Below, piece by piece: positions 31,044 through 40,838 of a DNA stretch of 64,000 nucleotides. This DNA comes from an uncultured Lachnospiraceae bacterium (lineage in GTDB: Bacteria; Bacillota; Clostridia; Lachnospirales; Lachnospiraceae): the NCBI GenBank assembly GCA_910584945.1, contig CAJUDY010000014.1, positions 9,275 through 73,274 on the forward strand, in the 5' to 3' direction. The stretch's first letter is position 1; each line of letters opens with the position of its first letter. Both the position numbers and the translations under genes were made by a program. The notes below the pieces were generated by a model. That model did not search any database. It worked only from the letters and a program-made list of their open reading frames with translations, and was not told where the DNA came from.

Positions 31044-31324
31044 TCTGCTATGATATCACCTCCGACCGGGTGAGGAACCGGATCGTAAAGACGCTGGAGG
31101 GATTCGGAAGACGGGTGCAGTACAGTGTTTTTGAATGCGATCTGGACGAAAAGCGGTATAAAGAGCTGTACGGAAAACTGTTACTGCTCATGCAGAGAGT
31201 CGAGGCCGGGGACGGCAACATCTGTTTCTATTACATATGTAAGAATTGCATAGGAAAAAAGCAGATCATCGGCGTCCCAAAGAAGCCGGAAGGCTGGCCG
31301 GATGAGGAGGTCATTATCATATGA
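31034..31324 (+). CDS. cas2: Cas2
   Basis: YLVCYDI, GRRVQYSVFEC. Confidence 0.95.
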   Translation: MYLVCYDITSDRVRNRIVKTLEGFGRRVQYSVFECDLDEKRYKELYGKLLLLMQRVEAGDGNICFYYICKNCIGKKQIIGVPKKPEGWPDEEVIII

Positions 31325-31412
31325 TACATTCAGGACATTACAGAAAGCACAGGAAATCTGCATTCGTCCGACTTGAAAAGACGGATACAGGACCACAGAC
31401 AGGAGGAAAAGA

Positions 31413-33719
31413 ATGAGCCTTTATACGAGGATTATTGATCTGCAGAAGCTGGATGCGAGTCTTCAGAAGGTATTGAAGAACAAACCGGCTCCGGGAGCAG
31501 ACGGGATCACATATGATATGTTCGAGGCAAATAAGAAGGAATATCTGAAACAGCTTTATCTGGAACTTCAGGAGCATCGGTATCATCCGCTGCCGGTAAA
31601 GCTGGTAAGTCTTTACAAAGGGGAGAAGGAACGGACAGTGGCGCTTTACTCCATGCGGGATAAGGTCATACAGCAGTCCATTGCCTTCGAGCTTCAGAAG
31701 ATCTATGAACCGATGTTTTCCGGAGGAACTTACGCATATCGGAACGGGCGCTCCGCACTGCAGGCCATCGACCATATGGAGGCGCAGATGCGCAGATACA
31801 AAAGCGGATGGATGGTGAAGATGGATATCCTGGAGGGCTGGGAACAGTATTATCGGGAGGAGCGGAAGATTCAGAGCGTTTTGGAATATGCGGTCGTCCT
31901 GTATATGGTAAGGCGAAAGGAACCGGAGGTTCTTCAGAAAATCTCCGGACTGCGCGCTTCTTTTCAGAATACTTATCGGGAACTGGCAGAGTATATGATT
32001 CCGATCTGGAAGGAACAGGAGCGCATAGATTTTCAGCTTTTGGAATATGAGCAATTGTATGGACTGGACAGACTGGATCAGAGCTGCAAGATTGATCCTG
32101 CTTCTCCTTTTGTGCAGGAGTTGCTGGCCGGATACGAGAAGCTGATGGTTTTTGAAGAGCAGGAGATCCTGACAGAACTGATACAGGATTACACAGAACT
32201 GCATTGCCTGAACAAGGCCGCCCGTCTGATGGAACGTTGTCAGAAGCTGCGGGATACGGGAAAAGACCGCCTGCTATCGCCTGCCGTTCAGGGATCGGAT
32301 GAGGAGAGGCAGCCGGAATTGGACGGAAAGGCGGTCCATCTGTTCTGCGAACTGTTCGTGGGACGGGAGGACACTTATGCGGAGGAATATATGATGCAGC
32401 GCAGGGTTGTGGAATAGAAGAATGAACCGTTGACGGAGGAGATCGTCAGGGAGCATCTGTCCGGCAGCCGGACTGTCGATACATATGTTCAACGTCCCAA
32501 CAGTACGGCGAAATATCTGGTGATCGACGTTGATATTTCCAAAAAGATTTTTTTGAAATATTCTATGGGAAGCCCGGAATTCGAGCAGTTTATGAAGCAG
32601 TGTGCGCAGGCGGCGCTGGAAATTATGAAAGCGCTGGACAGGCTGGGACTGAAAGGCTGTGCAGAGTACAGCGGGTGCAGGGGATACCATATATGGATCT
32701 TCTTCACAGAATGGATTCCGGTCAGATACATCCATGCTCTTTCTCAGATCATCGCAGAACAGATAAAAGAAGTACCATCAGAAGAGATCAGTGTGGAATA
32801 TTTTCCGGATGACAGGAAGCTGCGTACCGGGAAAGCAGGTCAGAGCATCAAGCTTCCTCTTGGAATTCATCCGGGCAGCGGATATCGGAGTTGTTTTCTG
32901 GATGAGGATCTGCAGGCGGTTGCGGATATTTCTGCATGGATGAAAGATGCGGCAAGATTTTCTCTGCCTGCTCTGAAGCGGATCATCGGTATGCACGGCG
33001 GACAAAAGAAAGAGAATCTGGCTGTTTCTGAACGGGAACCCTCGCTGGATCGGGATCTGGAAAGCTTCGGAAATCTCAGCGCGGAGGTGCAAACGGTGCT
33101 GGAACGCTGCAACCTGATGTGCTATCTGTGCCAGAAGGCGAGAAAGACCGGCTATTTATCTCATTTTGAACGGCAGTCTGTGTTGTATGTCTTCGGACAT
33201 ATGGGAGAAGAAGGGAAAGAATTCGTTCATCAGGTGATGTCGTATACATTGAACTATCAGTATCATACGACCGAACGTTTTCTTAGTAAACTTCCCGGAA
33301 AGCCAGTGAGCTGTGTCAAGCTTCGGGAGCAGTACCGGCAGGTCACGGCGGAGATCGGATGCACCTGTAATTTTAAGCGGACAAAGAACTGTTATCCGTC
33401 GCCGGTCCTGCATGCACTGAAATCGACGGATACGGAAGACGGACAGATCACGATCCCTTCCAGCCGGACGCTTTCCAAAGAAAAGGAGAAGACCGTGTAT
33501 CAGGAGATCAATGTCTATCGAAAGGTACAGGAACTGGCGGAGAAGATTCTTGGAATGAAGCGCCAGAAACGCGGGATTGATAAGAATATAACAAAATTGG
33601 AGCGGGAACTGGAGCAGGTCTTTGATGGCATGCAGGCGGACTGTTTGGAGATCGAGATGGGGCTGCTGTGTCGAAGGAAGAAAGAGGATGGAAGCTATGA
33701 ATGGGTGATTGAGATTTAG
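31413..33719 (+). pseudogene. Reverse transcriptase - primase/polymerase (CAPP-RT-like) fusion, disrupted by apparent loss of the RT core and an in-frame TAG at 32415-32417
   Basis: RT0-3 motifs (APGADG, RDKVIQQ, AYRNGRSA, KMDI) join directly to thumb-like LEGWEQYY with no YxDD. ORFs 31413-32417 and 32430-33719 share a frame. AEP motifs IDVD, SGCRGYH, KLPLG; Cys-rich PriL-like C-terminus. Confidence 0.8.
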
Positions 33720-33734
33720 ATTTATAAGATGGCG

Positions 33735-33766
33735 TTCTCCGCCCGTTTGACACAGCGGGCGGAGAA
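33735..33766. terminator. Hairpin after the RT-primase gene
   Basis: Perfect 11-bp stem TTCTCCGCCCG/CGGGCGGAGAA. Confidence 0.5.
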
Positions 33767-33865
33767 GTTACTGTTTATGGCTCAGGAATGCGCACTAGCT
33801 GCGCATTCCGTAAGAACATGATTCAGGTGGAGAACGCCGGATTTTTAGAAATTAGAATCTTTTCC

Positions 33866-34035
33866 TTGCGCTTTCCAAAGAGGTATAGTAGAATAAAAAC
33901 GGGCAGAGATTATGAACAAATTGTAAACATGCATGGTTTTGCTCAGAAAGTTGAATTTTTCAGAATTTTCTGATAATTACCCCTTGAAAACAGTCCCGGA
34001 AACCATTGATTTTACAGGGTTTTTGAAGAGGTACT
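33866..34035 (+). promoter_or_regulatory. Promoter and leader of CRISPR array 2
   Basis: TTGCGC-17-TAGAAT (33866-33894); paralogous to leader 1. Confidence 0.8.
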
Positions 34036-34369
34036 GTAGAAATGGGAAAAGCCCGATATAGGGCATTGACACATGTCGCCGAATGAAGCGGTATCGCAGC
34101 GCGAGTCACGGTAGAAATGGGAAAAGCCCGATATAGGGCATTGACACAATCTGTGCCTGTGTCATTGTGTGTCTGGAAAGCCGTAGAAATGGGAAAAGCC
34201 CGATATAGGGCATTGACACACCTTCGTTGTCACCATATGAATGTTTCCGCATTGGGGGTAGAAATGGGAAAAGCCCGATATAGGGTATTGACACAATATT
34301 TGAATTCAACGTCCAATTACATGAATATTTGGTAGAAATGGGAAACGTCCGATACAGGGTATTTGAAAG
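34036..34369 (+). CRISPR. CRISPR array 2: 4 repeats GTAGAAATGGGAAAAGCCCGATATAGGGCATTGACAC (fourth has one change), a degenerate terminal repeat and 4 spacers (35-38 nt)
   Basis: Repeats start at 34036, 34111, 34183, 34258; degenerate copy at 34332. Confidence 0.96.
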
Positions 34370-34415
34370 TCAGATGTGTATAATCGGTTCAAAGTACCAG
34401 AGAGGAGCATGGCGG

Positions 34416-35360
34416 ATGTCTTTGAATTTTCAACAACTGGAAAGGGCATTGCAGGTCCGCTATGTGAAGCTGTGTTTTGGTCTTCGGATGACGGAGGACA
34501 CGCAGCTGCCTGTGAACAAAGTGTCTGCGCTCCGGGGCGGGATCGGGGAGATGTTGCTGCGCGCCAACTGTATTCGGGACCGGCGGTGCGGCAACTGTGA
34601 TTTTGAGTCCGAGTGCATCGTCAGAAGGACGCTCTACTCCAGGTTCGATGAAAAGCCGGACTTTGTGACCTCCGGGGACAGCGTCGGATACGTATTAGAA
34701 TGCGAAGATTACGGGGAAGATTTTTATGAAGGAGATATTCTGGAATTCCATCTGATTCTGTTTGGAAAGACGATTGTTTACTTCAGCCAGTTCCTGCAGG
34801 CCATTTATCAGCTGGGCATGGCAGGTATTGGAAAAACGCACGCCAGATATGAAGTCGCATTTATCAGGAATACTCTGGGAAAAGACATCCTGAGAGGTTT
34901 GGAAGTCCTTATGGGGCAATACAAAGTATTGACTTTGTGGGATTATGTAAGATACCGCCAGAAGAAATCTGCTGATTATGAAGATCTGTGCCGAATTCGT
35001 TTTCGGACTCCTGTGACTGTAAAATACCAGGGCAAAGTACAGCAGACCCTTTCTATGGAAGCAATCCTTCCGGCCCTGTGCAGAAGGATTTACATGCTGG
35101 ACTGCTTTGAAGGGCTGGGATGTGAGATGCTGAAATGGGGAGGAGTCTATCCCCAAGTATTGTCAGAATACTCAGAACCGATCACCGTTTACCGATATTC
35201 CAGTACACAGGATCAAAAAATGCCTCTGCGGGGAATCAAAGGTGAACTGCGTCTGAAAAAAGTACCGGAAGAACTGTTTCCGCTCCTGCTGGCAGGAGAG
35301 TTGATTCATATCGGAAAAAACACAAGCTTTGGATTTGGGCGGTATCATTTGTCTGTATAA
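34416..35360 (+). CDS. cas6: Cas6 crRNA-processing endoribonuclease
   Basis: SALRGGIG, Cys cluster, C-terminal HIGKNTSFGFG Gly-loop. Confidence 0.9.
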   Translation: MSLNFQQLERALQVRYVKLCFGLRMTEDTQLPVNKVSALRGGIGEMLLRANCIRDRRCGNCDFESECIVRRTLYSRFDEKPDFVTSGDSVGYVLECEDYGEDFYEGDILEFHLILFGKTIVYFSQFLQAIYQLGMAGIGKTHARYEVAFIRNTLGKDILRGLEVLMGQYKVLTLWDYVRYRQKKSADYEDLCRIRFRTPVTVKYQGKVQQTLSMEAILPALCRRIYMLDCFEGLGCEMLKWGGVYPQVLSEYSEPITVYRYSSTQDQKMPLRGIKGELRLKKVPEELFPLLLAGELIHIGKNTSFGFGRYHLSV

Positions 35361-35466
35361 TTTTTCCCAAATAAATCAAAAATCAGGCACCCTTCGGGGT
35401 GCTATTTTTGATCTTTCCCACATATGTATAGAAGGTACGAGACGACCGAAGGCGTGGGGGGATTCT

Positions 35467-36489
35467 ATGAACGAGAGAGATTTGCAGGTATTGGAACAGT
35501 ATCCGTTTACGGTGAATGCCAGCTGGCGCACCAGAGGGGCTTTTCTTCTGGATACCAGTGCAGGCAGACTTCTGATCCGGGAGTTTTCCGGGAGCGCATA
35601 CAAGCTTTTAAAGGAGCAGGAGCTCTTGCAGCACCTGAAAGACTGCGGCTACCTGGTGGACCGGATGGAGCCGGACAAGGAGGGTCGGCTGTCTTCCGTG
35701 TATCGGGAGTACGACCGGTTCGTGGTGAAGGAATCCCTGGACGGAAGAGAGTGCGATACCAGGAGCGAGAGCGAGATCTTAAAGGCGGCTTCTCTGTTGG
35801 CGGGGATGCACAAGGATCTGCGGGGCTTCTGCGAAGTGACGGAAGAAGACCGACTGCGACTGGCAGGGGCGGACGCTGTGGAGGAGCTGGGAAGGCACAA
35901 CCGGGAACTGCGCAAGATCTATGGTTTTATCCGCAGAAAAAACCGGAAGAACGAATTTGAATCGGCCTATCTTGCCTGTTACCCTGACATGGTAGAAGAG
36001 GCGCAGCAGATCGAGCGCAGATTGAGAGAGTCCTCTTACGAGCGTCTGAGGGAGAGGGCGCTTCTGGAGGGACATTTCTGCCATGGGGAGTACATCCATC
36101 ACAACATCCTGGTGGCCGGCGGCCAGATGGGAGTGATCAATTTTGAAAAATTTGCCTTGGATGTGCAGGTGAACGACCTGTACCTGTTTTTGAGAAAAAT
36201 TCTTGAAAAGCAGAATTATGACTTCCGTCTGGGCAGCAGGATCTTAAAAGCCTATGAACAGGTGCGCCCTCTTGACGGGGAAGAACGGGAGTACTTAAGT
36301 ATCCGCATGCAGTATCCGGAAAAATTCTGGAAGCTGGCCAACTATTATTATAATACGAATAAAGCATGGATTCCGGGAAAACATATGGAGAAACTGGAAA
36401 AATTCCTGTCTCAGAAGGAAAAAAGAGTTTCCTTTTCCCGGGAGATATTGTATAATAAGTCTAACAAAAATACAGAATTTGGGAGGTAA
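35467..36489 (+). CDS. CotS family spore coat protein (kinase-like fold)
   Basis: FCHGEYIHHNIL, DLYLFLRK, YPEKFWK motifs. Confidence 0.8.
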   Translation: MNERDLQVLEQYPFTVNASWRTRGAFLLDTSAGRLLIREFSGSAYKLLKEQELLQHLKDCGYLVDRMEPDKEGRLSSVYREYDRFVVKESLDGRECDTRSESEILKAASLLAGMHKDLRGFCEVTEEDRLRLAGADAVEELGRHNRELRKIYGFIRRKNRKNEFESAYLACYPDMVEEAQQIERRLRESSYERLRERALLEGHFCHGEYIHHNILVAGGQMGVINFEKFALDVQVNDLYLFLRKILEKQNYDFRLGSRILKAYEQVRPLDGEEREYLSIRMQYPEKFWKLANYYYNTNKAWIPGKHMEKLEKFLSQKEKRVSFSREILYNKSNKNTEFGR

Positions 36490-36498
36490 ATATACAAA

Positions 36499-38232
36499 AT
36501 GGACTACAAAGCAATCTATGAGGAGTGGCTTTCCAATCCCTATTTTGACCAGGATACCAAAGAGGAGTTAAGAGCAATCGCAGACGACGACAATGAGATC
36601 AAAGAGCGCTTTTATAAGGATCTGGAGTTCGGTACGGCGGGCCTTAGAGGAATCATCGGAGCAGGAGTGAACCGTATGAATATCTATGTGGTGCGCCGGG
36701 CGACCCAGGGTCTTGCGAATTATATTATCAAACAGGGAGGACAGGGCAAGGGCGTTGCCATTGCCTACGATTCCCGCCGGATGTCTCCGGAGTTCGCGGA
36801 GGAAGCGGCGCTGACGCTGGCGGCCAATGGGATCAAGGCGTATAAGTTCGAGAGCTTACGTCCCACGCCGGAGCTGTCCTTCGCGGTTCGGGAGCTGGGC
36901 TGTGTGGCGGGCATCAACATCACCGCCAGCCACAATCCGCCGGAGTACAACGGATACAAGGTCTACTGGGAGGACGGCGCACAGTTTACGCCGCCTCATG
37001 ACAAGGGTGTGACGGAAGAAGTACTGGCGATCACGGATCTGTCCACCGTGAAGACCACCACCAGGGCGGAAGCCGAGGCGGCGGGCAAGTATGAGATCAT
37101 CGGACAGGCCATCGACGACAAGTTCATCGGACATGTTATGGCCCAGGTAGTGAATCAGGACGCCATCGACAAGATGCAGAAAGACATCCGTATCGTCTAC
37201 ACCCCGCTTCACGGTACCGGCAATATTCCGGCAAGACGCGCTTTAAAGGAGCTGGGCTTTGAGAATGTTTATGTAGTAAAGGAGCAGGAGCTTCCGGACG
37301 GTGAGTTCCCGACGGTCAGCTATCCGAACCCGGAGGCGGCGGAGGCTTTTGCCCTTGGCTTAAAGCTGGCTAAGGAAGTGAACGCGGACCTGGTGCTGGC
37401 CACCGACCCGGATGCGGACCGGCTGGGCGTCTATGTTAAAGATACCAAATCCGGAGAATATATTCCGCTGACCGGCAATATGTCCGGCTCGCTTCTGTGC
37501 GATTACGTCTTAAGCCAGAAGCAGGCGGCAGGCAAGATTCCCGCGGACGGACAGGTGGTCAAATCCATCGTGACCACGAATCTGGTGGACGCGGTGGCGG
37601 CAAGCTACGGCTGCGAGCTGGTGGAAGTGCTGACCGGCTTTAAGTTTATCGGACAGCAGATCCTGAAAAATGAACAGACTGGAAAGGGAACTTACCTCTT
37701 TGGCCTGGAGGAGTCCTATGGCTGCCTGATCGGAACCTACGCCCGGGACAAGGATGCCATCTCCGCGACGGTTGCCCTCTGTGAGGCGGCGGCCTACTAT
37801 AAGACCAAAAATATGACCCTGTGGGATGCGATGCTGGCGATGTACGAGAAGTACGGCTACTATAAGGATGCGGTGAAATCCATCGAGCTGAAGGGCATCG
37901 AGGGTCTCGCGAAGATCCAGGAGATTCTGGACACTCTGAGAAACAATACGCCGGAGACGATTGGTTCCTACAAGGTGGTGTCTGCAAGAGACTACAAGCT
38001 GGATACCATCAAGGATATGGCGACGGGAGAGGTGAAGCCTACGGGGCTTCCGGCTTCCAATGTGCTTTACTATGATCTGAACGACGGCGCTTGGCTGTGC
38101 GTACGGCCGTCCGGAACAGAGCCGAAGGTGAAGTTCTACTATGGAGTGAAGGGGACTTCTCTGGAGGATGCGGATGCGAAGAGCGCGGCACTTGGGGAAG
38201 AAGTGCTGGCCATGATCAATAAGATGCTGTAA
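36499..38232 (+). CDS. pgm: Phosphoglucomutase/phosphomannomutase
   Basis: FGTAGLRG, TASHNP, DPDADR, EESYG, RPSGTEPK. Confidence 0.93.
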   Translation: MDYKAIYEEWLSNPYFDQDTKEELRAIADDDNEIKERFYKDLEFGTAGLRGIIGAGVNRMNIYVVRRATQGLANYIIKQGGQGKGVAIAYDSRRMSPEFAEEAALTLAANGIKAYKFESLRPTPELSFAVRELGCVAGINITASHNPPEYNGYKVYWEDGAQFTPPHDKGVTEEVLAITDLSTVKTTTRAEAEAAGKYEIIGQAIDDKFIGHVMAQVVNQDAIDKMQKDIRIVYTPLHGTGNIPARRALKELGFENVYVVKEQELPDGEFPTVSYPNPEAAEAFALGLKLAKEVNADLVLATDPDADRLGVYVKDTKSGEYIPLTGNMSGSLLCDYVLSQKQAAGKIPADGQVVKSIVTTNLVDAVAASYGCELVEVLTGFKFIGQQILKNEQTGKGTYLFGLEESYGCLIGTYARDKDAISATVALCEAAAYYKTKNMTLWDAMLAMYEKYGYYKDAVKSIELKGIEGLAKIQEILDTLRNNTPETIGSYKVVSARDYKLDTIKDMATGEVKPTGLPASNVLYYDLNDGAWLCVRPSGTEPKVKFYYGVKGTSLEDADAKSAALGEEVLAMINKML

Positions 38233-38263
38233 AGGGGACACCTGTCACGGGTGACTCTGGAGT

Positions 38264-38407
38264 GACGCCCGTCAGGGGCAGATATTCCTTACAGACCCCG
38301 CTTGCGCTTAGGGAGGGGACACAGCGGTACTAAGGGGGCAAAAGACGCACCCTAAGGACCGGTGCCTCTCAATGGGTCTTTCAGGAACATCAGCCCCTGA
38401 CGGGCTG
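38264..38407 (+). repeat. ~145-nt structured interspersed element, copy 2
   Basis: Same core; closing stem GCCCGTCAGGGGC/GCCCCTGACGGGC. Confidence 0.85.
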
Positions 38408-38480
38408 TTTCTTGGGACCACAAATAGAAGGCTCAGAGAAGAAATAAATATAAACTAATATAAGAGAAAGGGTGAGGGAG

Positions 38481-38882
38481 ATGTATACGTATCCGGAGCT
38501 TTTGGGGATTATTGGGGAGCTGCGGGGGGAGCATGGGTGCCCCTGGGATCGGGCGCAGACGCATGAAAGTATGATTCCGTGTCTGAGGGATGAGTGTGAG
38601 GAAGTGATCGAGGCGATCGGACGGGGGGATGACGAGGACCTTTGCGAGGAGCTGGGGGATGTGCTTTTGCAGGTGCTTCTGCATGCGCAGATCGCGAAGG
38701 AGGAAGGCAGATTTACCATGGAGGATGTGGTGAATACGCTGGCGGAGAAGATGGTGCGCCGACATCCGCATGTGTTCGGGGACGAGGAATACGGCTCTTT
38801 GGAGGAGAATAAAAAGCGGTGGGAAGAGATCAAGCGGGCGGAAAAGGAATTAAAAAAACGCCGCAGGAACGGGGAAATATAA
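38481..38882 (+). CDS. mazG: Single-domain MazG nucleotide pyrophosphohydrolase
   Basis: GCPWDRAQT, EELGDVLLQV, RRHPHVFG. Confidence 0.9.
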   Translation: MYTYPELLGIIGELRGEHGCPWDRAQTHESMIPCLRDECEEVIEAIGRGDDEDLCEELGDVLLQVLLHAQIAKEEGRFTMEDVVNTLAEKMVRRHPHVFGDEEYGSLEENKKRWEEIKRAEKELKKRRRNGEI

Positions 38883-38891
38883 GGATACTGC

Positions 38892-38920
38892 TTGACAAAT
38901 AATACGAAAAACGGTATAAC
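38892..38920 (+). promoter_or_regulatory. sigma-A promoter of hup
   Basis: TTGACA-17-TATAAC. Confidence 0.75.
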
Positions 38921-38977
38921 TAATGATACATGCTTATTAACCCAATACTCTATAGAAAGTTTTAGGAGGAGATTACT

Positions 38978-39250
38978 ATGAACAAATCGGAATTAGTTGC
39001 AGCCGTTGCGGAGAATGCGGATATTACGAGAAAAGATGCGGAAAAGGCTGTGAAAGCATTTATCGATGTGGTTACAGAAGAATTAAAGAAAGGTGAGAAA
39101 GTTCAGGTAGTCGGTTTCGGTACGTTTGAAGTGGCAGAGAGAGCGGCAAGAGAGGGAAGAAATCCTCATACAGGTGAGCCGATGCCTATCGCTGCATCCA
39201 AAGCCCCGAAGTTTAAGGCAGGAAAAGCTTTGAAGGACGCCCTGAATTAA
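38978..39250 (+). CDS. hup: DNA-binding protein HU
   Basis: MNKSEL, GFGTFEV, GRNPHTG, FKAGKALK. Confidence 0.97.
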   Translation: MNKSELVAAVAENADITRKDAEKAVKAFIDVVTEELKKGEKVQVVGFGTFEVAERAAREGRNPHTGEPMPIAASKAPKFKAGKALKDALN

Positions 39251-39259
39251 AAATTTTAG

Positions 39260-39499
39260 ATGAGACTGGACAAGTTTTTGAAGGTTTCCCGGCTGATCAA
39301 AAGGCGTACAGTGGCCAATGAAGCATGCGACGCGGGAAGAGTGCTGGTGAATGGGAAGACAGCAAAGGCGTCTCTGAATGTAAAAGAAGGGGATGTAATC
39401 GAGATTCAGTTCGGCACAAGAACGGTAAAAGCAGAGGTGCTGAATGTACAGGAAACCATGAGAAAAGAAGAGGCGAAAGAACTTTACCGATATTTATAA
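39260..39499 (+). CDS. yabO: S4-domain RNA-binding protein YabO/RqcP
   Basis: MRLDKFLKVSRLIKRRTVA. Confidence 0.92.
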   Translation: MRLDKFLKVSRLIKRRTVANEACDAGRVLVNGKTAKASLNVKEGDVIEIQFGTRTVKAEVLNVQETMRKEEAKELYRYL

Positions 39500-39603
39500 T
39501 AGTCAGACGCGGATGGTCTGATCAGATAGAAATGACGTAATTACACATAATTACAGGGACCTGCTAATATATTATAAGAGAATATATTAGGAGGTCTTTT
39601 TTC

Positions 39604-39909
39604 ATGGTGAAAATGGGAACCGCGGAGGAGCATCCCCAGGGCAGGGGCGCCCATAAGGTCAGTATGATGAACCGGCGGACCGGGAGCATCACAGGCGTAT
39701 CAGATGTCATCTCTTTTGATATATCGGAAGTCCTTCTGGAGACGGAACTGGGGATGATGCAGATTAAGGGGGCGGATCTGCATGTGAACCGGCTGACGCT
39801 GGAGAAGGGAGAGATCGAACTGGAAGGCAGGATCGACAGCATCCAGTATTCGGAGGTCTCGGATTTTAAGAAAAGCGGAGAATCTCTGCTGAACCGGCTG
39901 TTCCGGTAG
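39604..39909 (+). CDS. yabP: Sporulation protein YabP
   Basis: ITGVSDVISFD, GRIDSIQY; gene order. Confidence 0.88.
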   Translation: MVKMGTAEEHPQGRGAHKVSMMNRRTGSITGVSDVISFDISEVLLETELGMMQIKGADLHVNRLTLEKGEIELEGRIDSIQYSEVSDFKKSGESLLNRLFR

Positions 39910-39912
39910 AAG

Positions 39913-40356
39913 ATGAGTCTGGGAATCATAAAAGAACTGCAGTTTTTTGGACTTGCAGTTCTGAGAGGAATCTGGATTCTGGCGCTCTATGATGTGCTTC
40001 GAATCCTTCGGAGAGTGGTCCCCCACGGCGTCTGGGCCATCGCCCTGGAAGATGTACTGTACTGGGCGTGCACGGCGCTCTTGATTTTCCAGCTCCTCTA
40101 TCGGGAGAATGACGGAGCCCTTCGGGGGTACGCGCTGTTTGCGGTGGCTGCCGGGATGTTCGCTTATCATCAGACGGTCAGCGGTTTTCTGGTAAAGTAT
40201 ATTTCCGGCGTCCTGAACTGGTGCTTTGGCATTCTTTTGAAACCCGTCCGCGCCGTGCACAGGAAAGTCGTACAAGTCTTTCGGGTAGCGGGGCGGTTTT
40301 ACAAAAAGAAATTGAAAAAAAAGCTAAAAGAGTTTATAATAATCTTATTCTCGTAG
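39913..40356 (+). CDS. yabQ: Spore cortex biosynthesis protein YabQ
   Basis: YDVLRILR, EDVLYW, GALRGY; gene order. Confidence 0.85.
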   Translation: MSLGIIKELQFFGLAVLRGIWILALYDVLRILRRVVPHGVWAIALEDVLYWACTALLIFQLLYRENDGALRGYALFAVAAGMFAYHQTVSGFLVKYISGVLNWCFGILLKPVRAVHRKVVQVFRVAGRFYKKKLKKKLKEFIIILFS

Positions 40357-40367
40357 AGGTGAGGACT

Positions 40368-40679
40368 ATGTCGGCAAAACCAAGGAACAGAAAAATGCAC
40401 AGGCGCAGGCCGAATCTGGGCGCCTGGGGGATCATCGTGATCGTCCTGGCTGTTTTTGCTGTCAGTACGGTTGGCGGGCTTCGCCTGAAGCAGAAAAATT
40501 ACGCCTATCAGATGAGGGAAGAAGCGCTTGAGGAAGCCATCGCTTCGGAGGAGCGGCGGGCGGAGGAGATCGAGGAACTGGAAGCCTACACCAAGACCAA
40601 GAAGTACGTGGAAGACGTGGCGAAGGAGAAGTTGGGCCTCGTTTATGAAGATGAGATTATTTTCAAATCAAAGGACTAA
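40368..40679 (+). CDS. divIC: Septum formation initiator (DivIC/FtsB family)
   Basis: TM helix, coiled coil, YVEDVAKEKLGLV. Confidence 0.8.
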   Translation: MSAKPRNRKMHRRRPNLGAWGIIVIVLAVFAVSTVGGLRLKQKNYAYQMREEALEEAIASEERRAEEIEELEAYTKTKKYVEDVAKEKLGLVYEDEIIFKSKD

Positions 40680-40838
40680 GGATTCTTAAGGGTGAGCTGT
40701 GAAGCTCATCCTTTTTCATGTCGAAAAATTCTTTTTTCGAGCCTCTTCCAAATGACAAAGATTGCAAAAGCCACTTTTTATAATGCCCATACAAAAGCCG
40801 CGGGGCGTTGCGGAACGAAAAATAGGAGGAGTGGAAGT

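Noticed and set aside
32415..32417. Programmed amber read-through (pyrrolysine) of the RT-primase TAG
   Set aside because: No pyl genes in the window, and the gene has a second lesion; a nonsense mutation is simpler
31413..32417. Group II intron, retron or DGR
   Set aside because: No intron domain V/VI, msr/msd or TR/VR pair seen; the RT remnant is fused to an AEP primase beside cas1/cas2
27380..34369. Self-targeting spacers within the window; similarity of the spacer motif to the ACAGTTAC palindrome
   Set aside because: No full-length match found by eye (not exhaustive); the overlap is only ~6 nt
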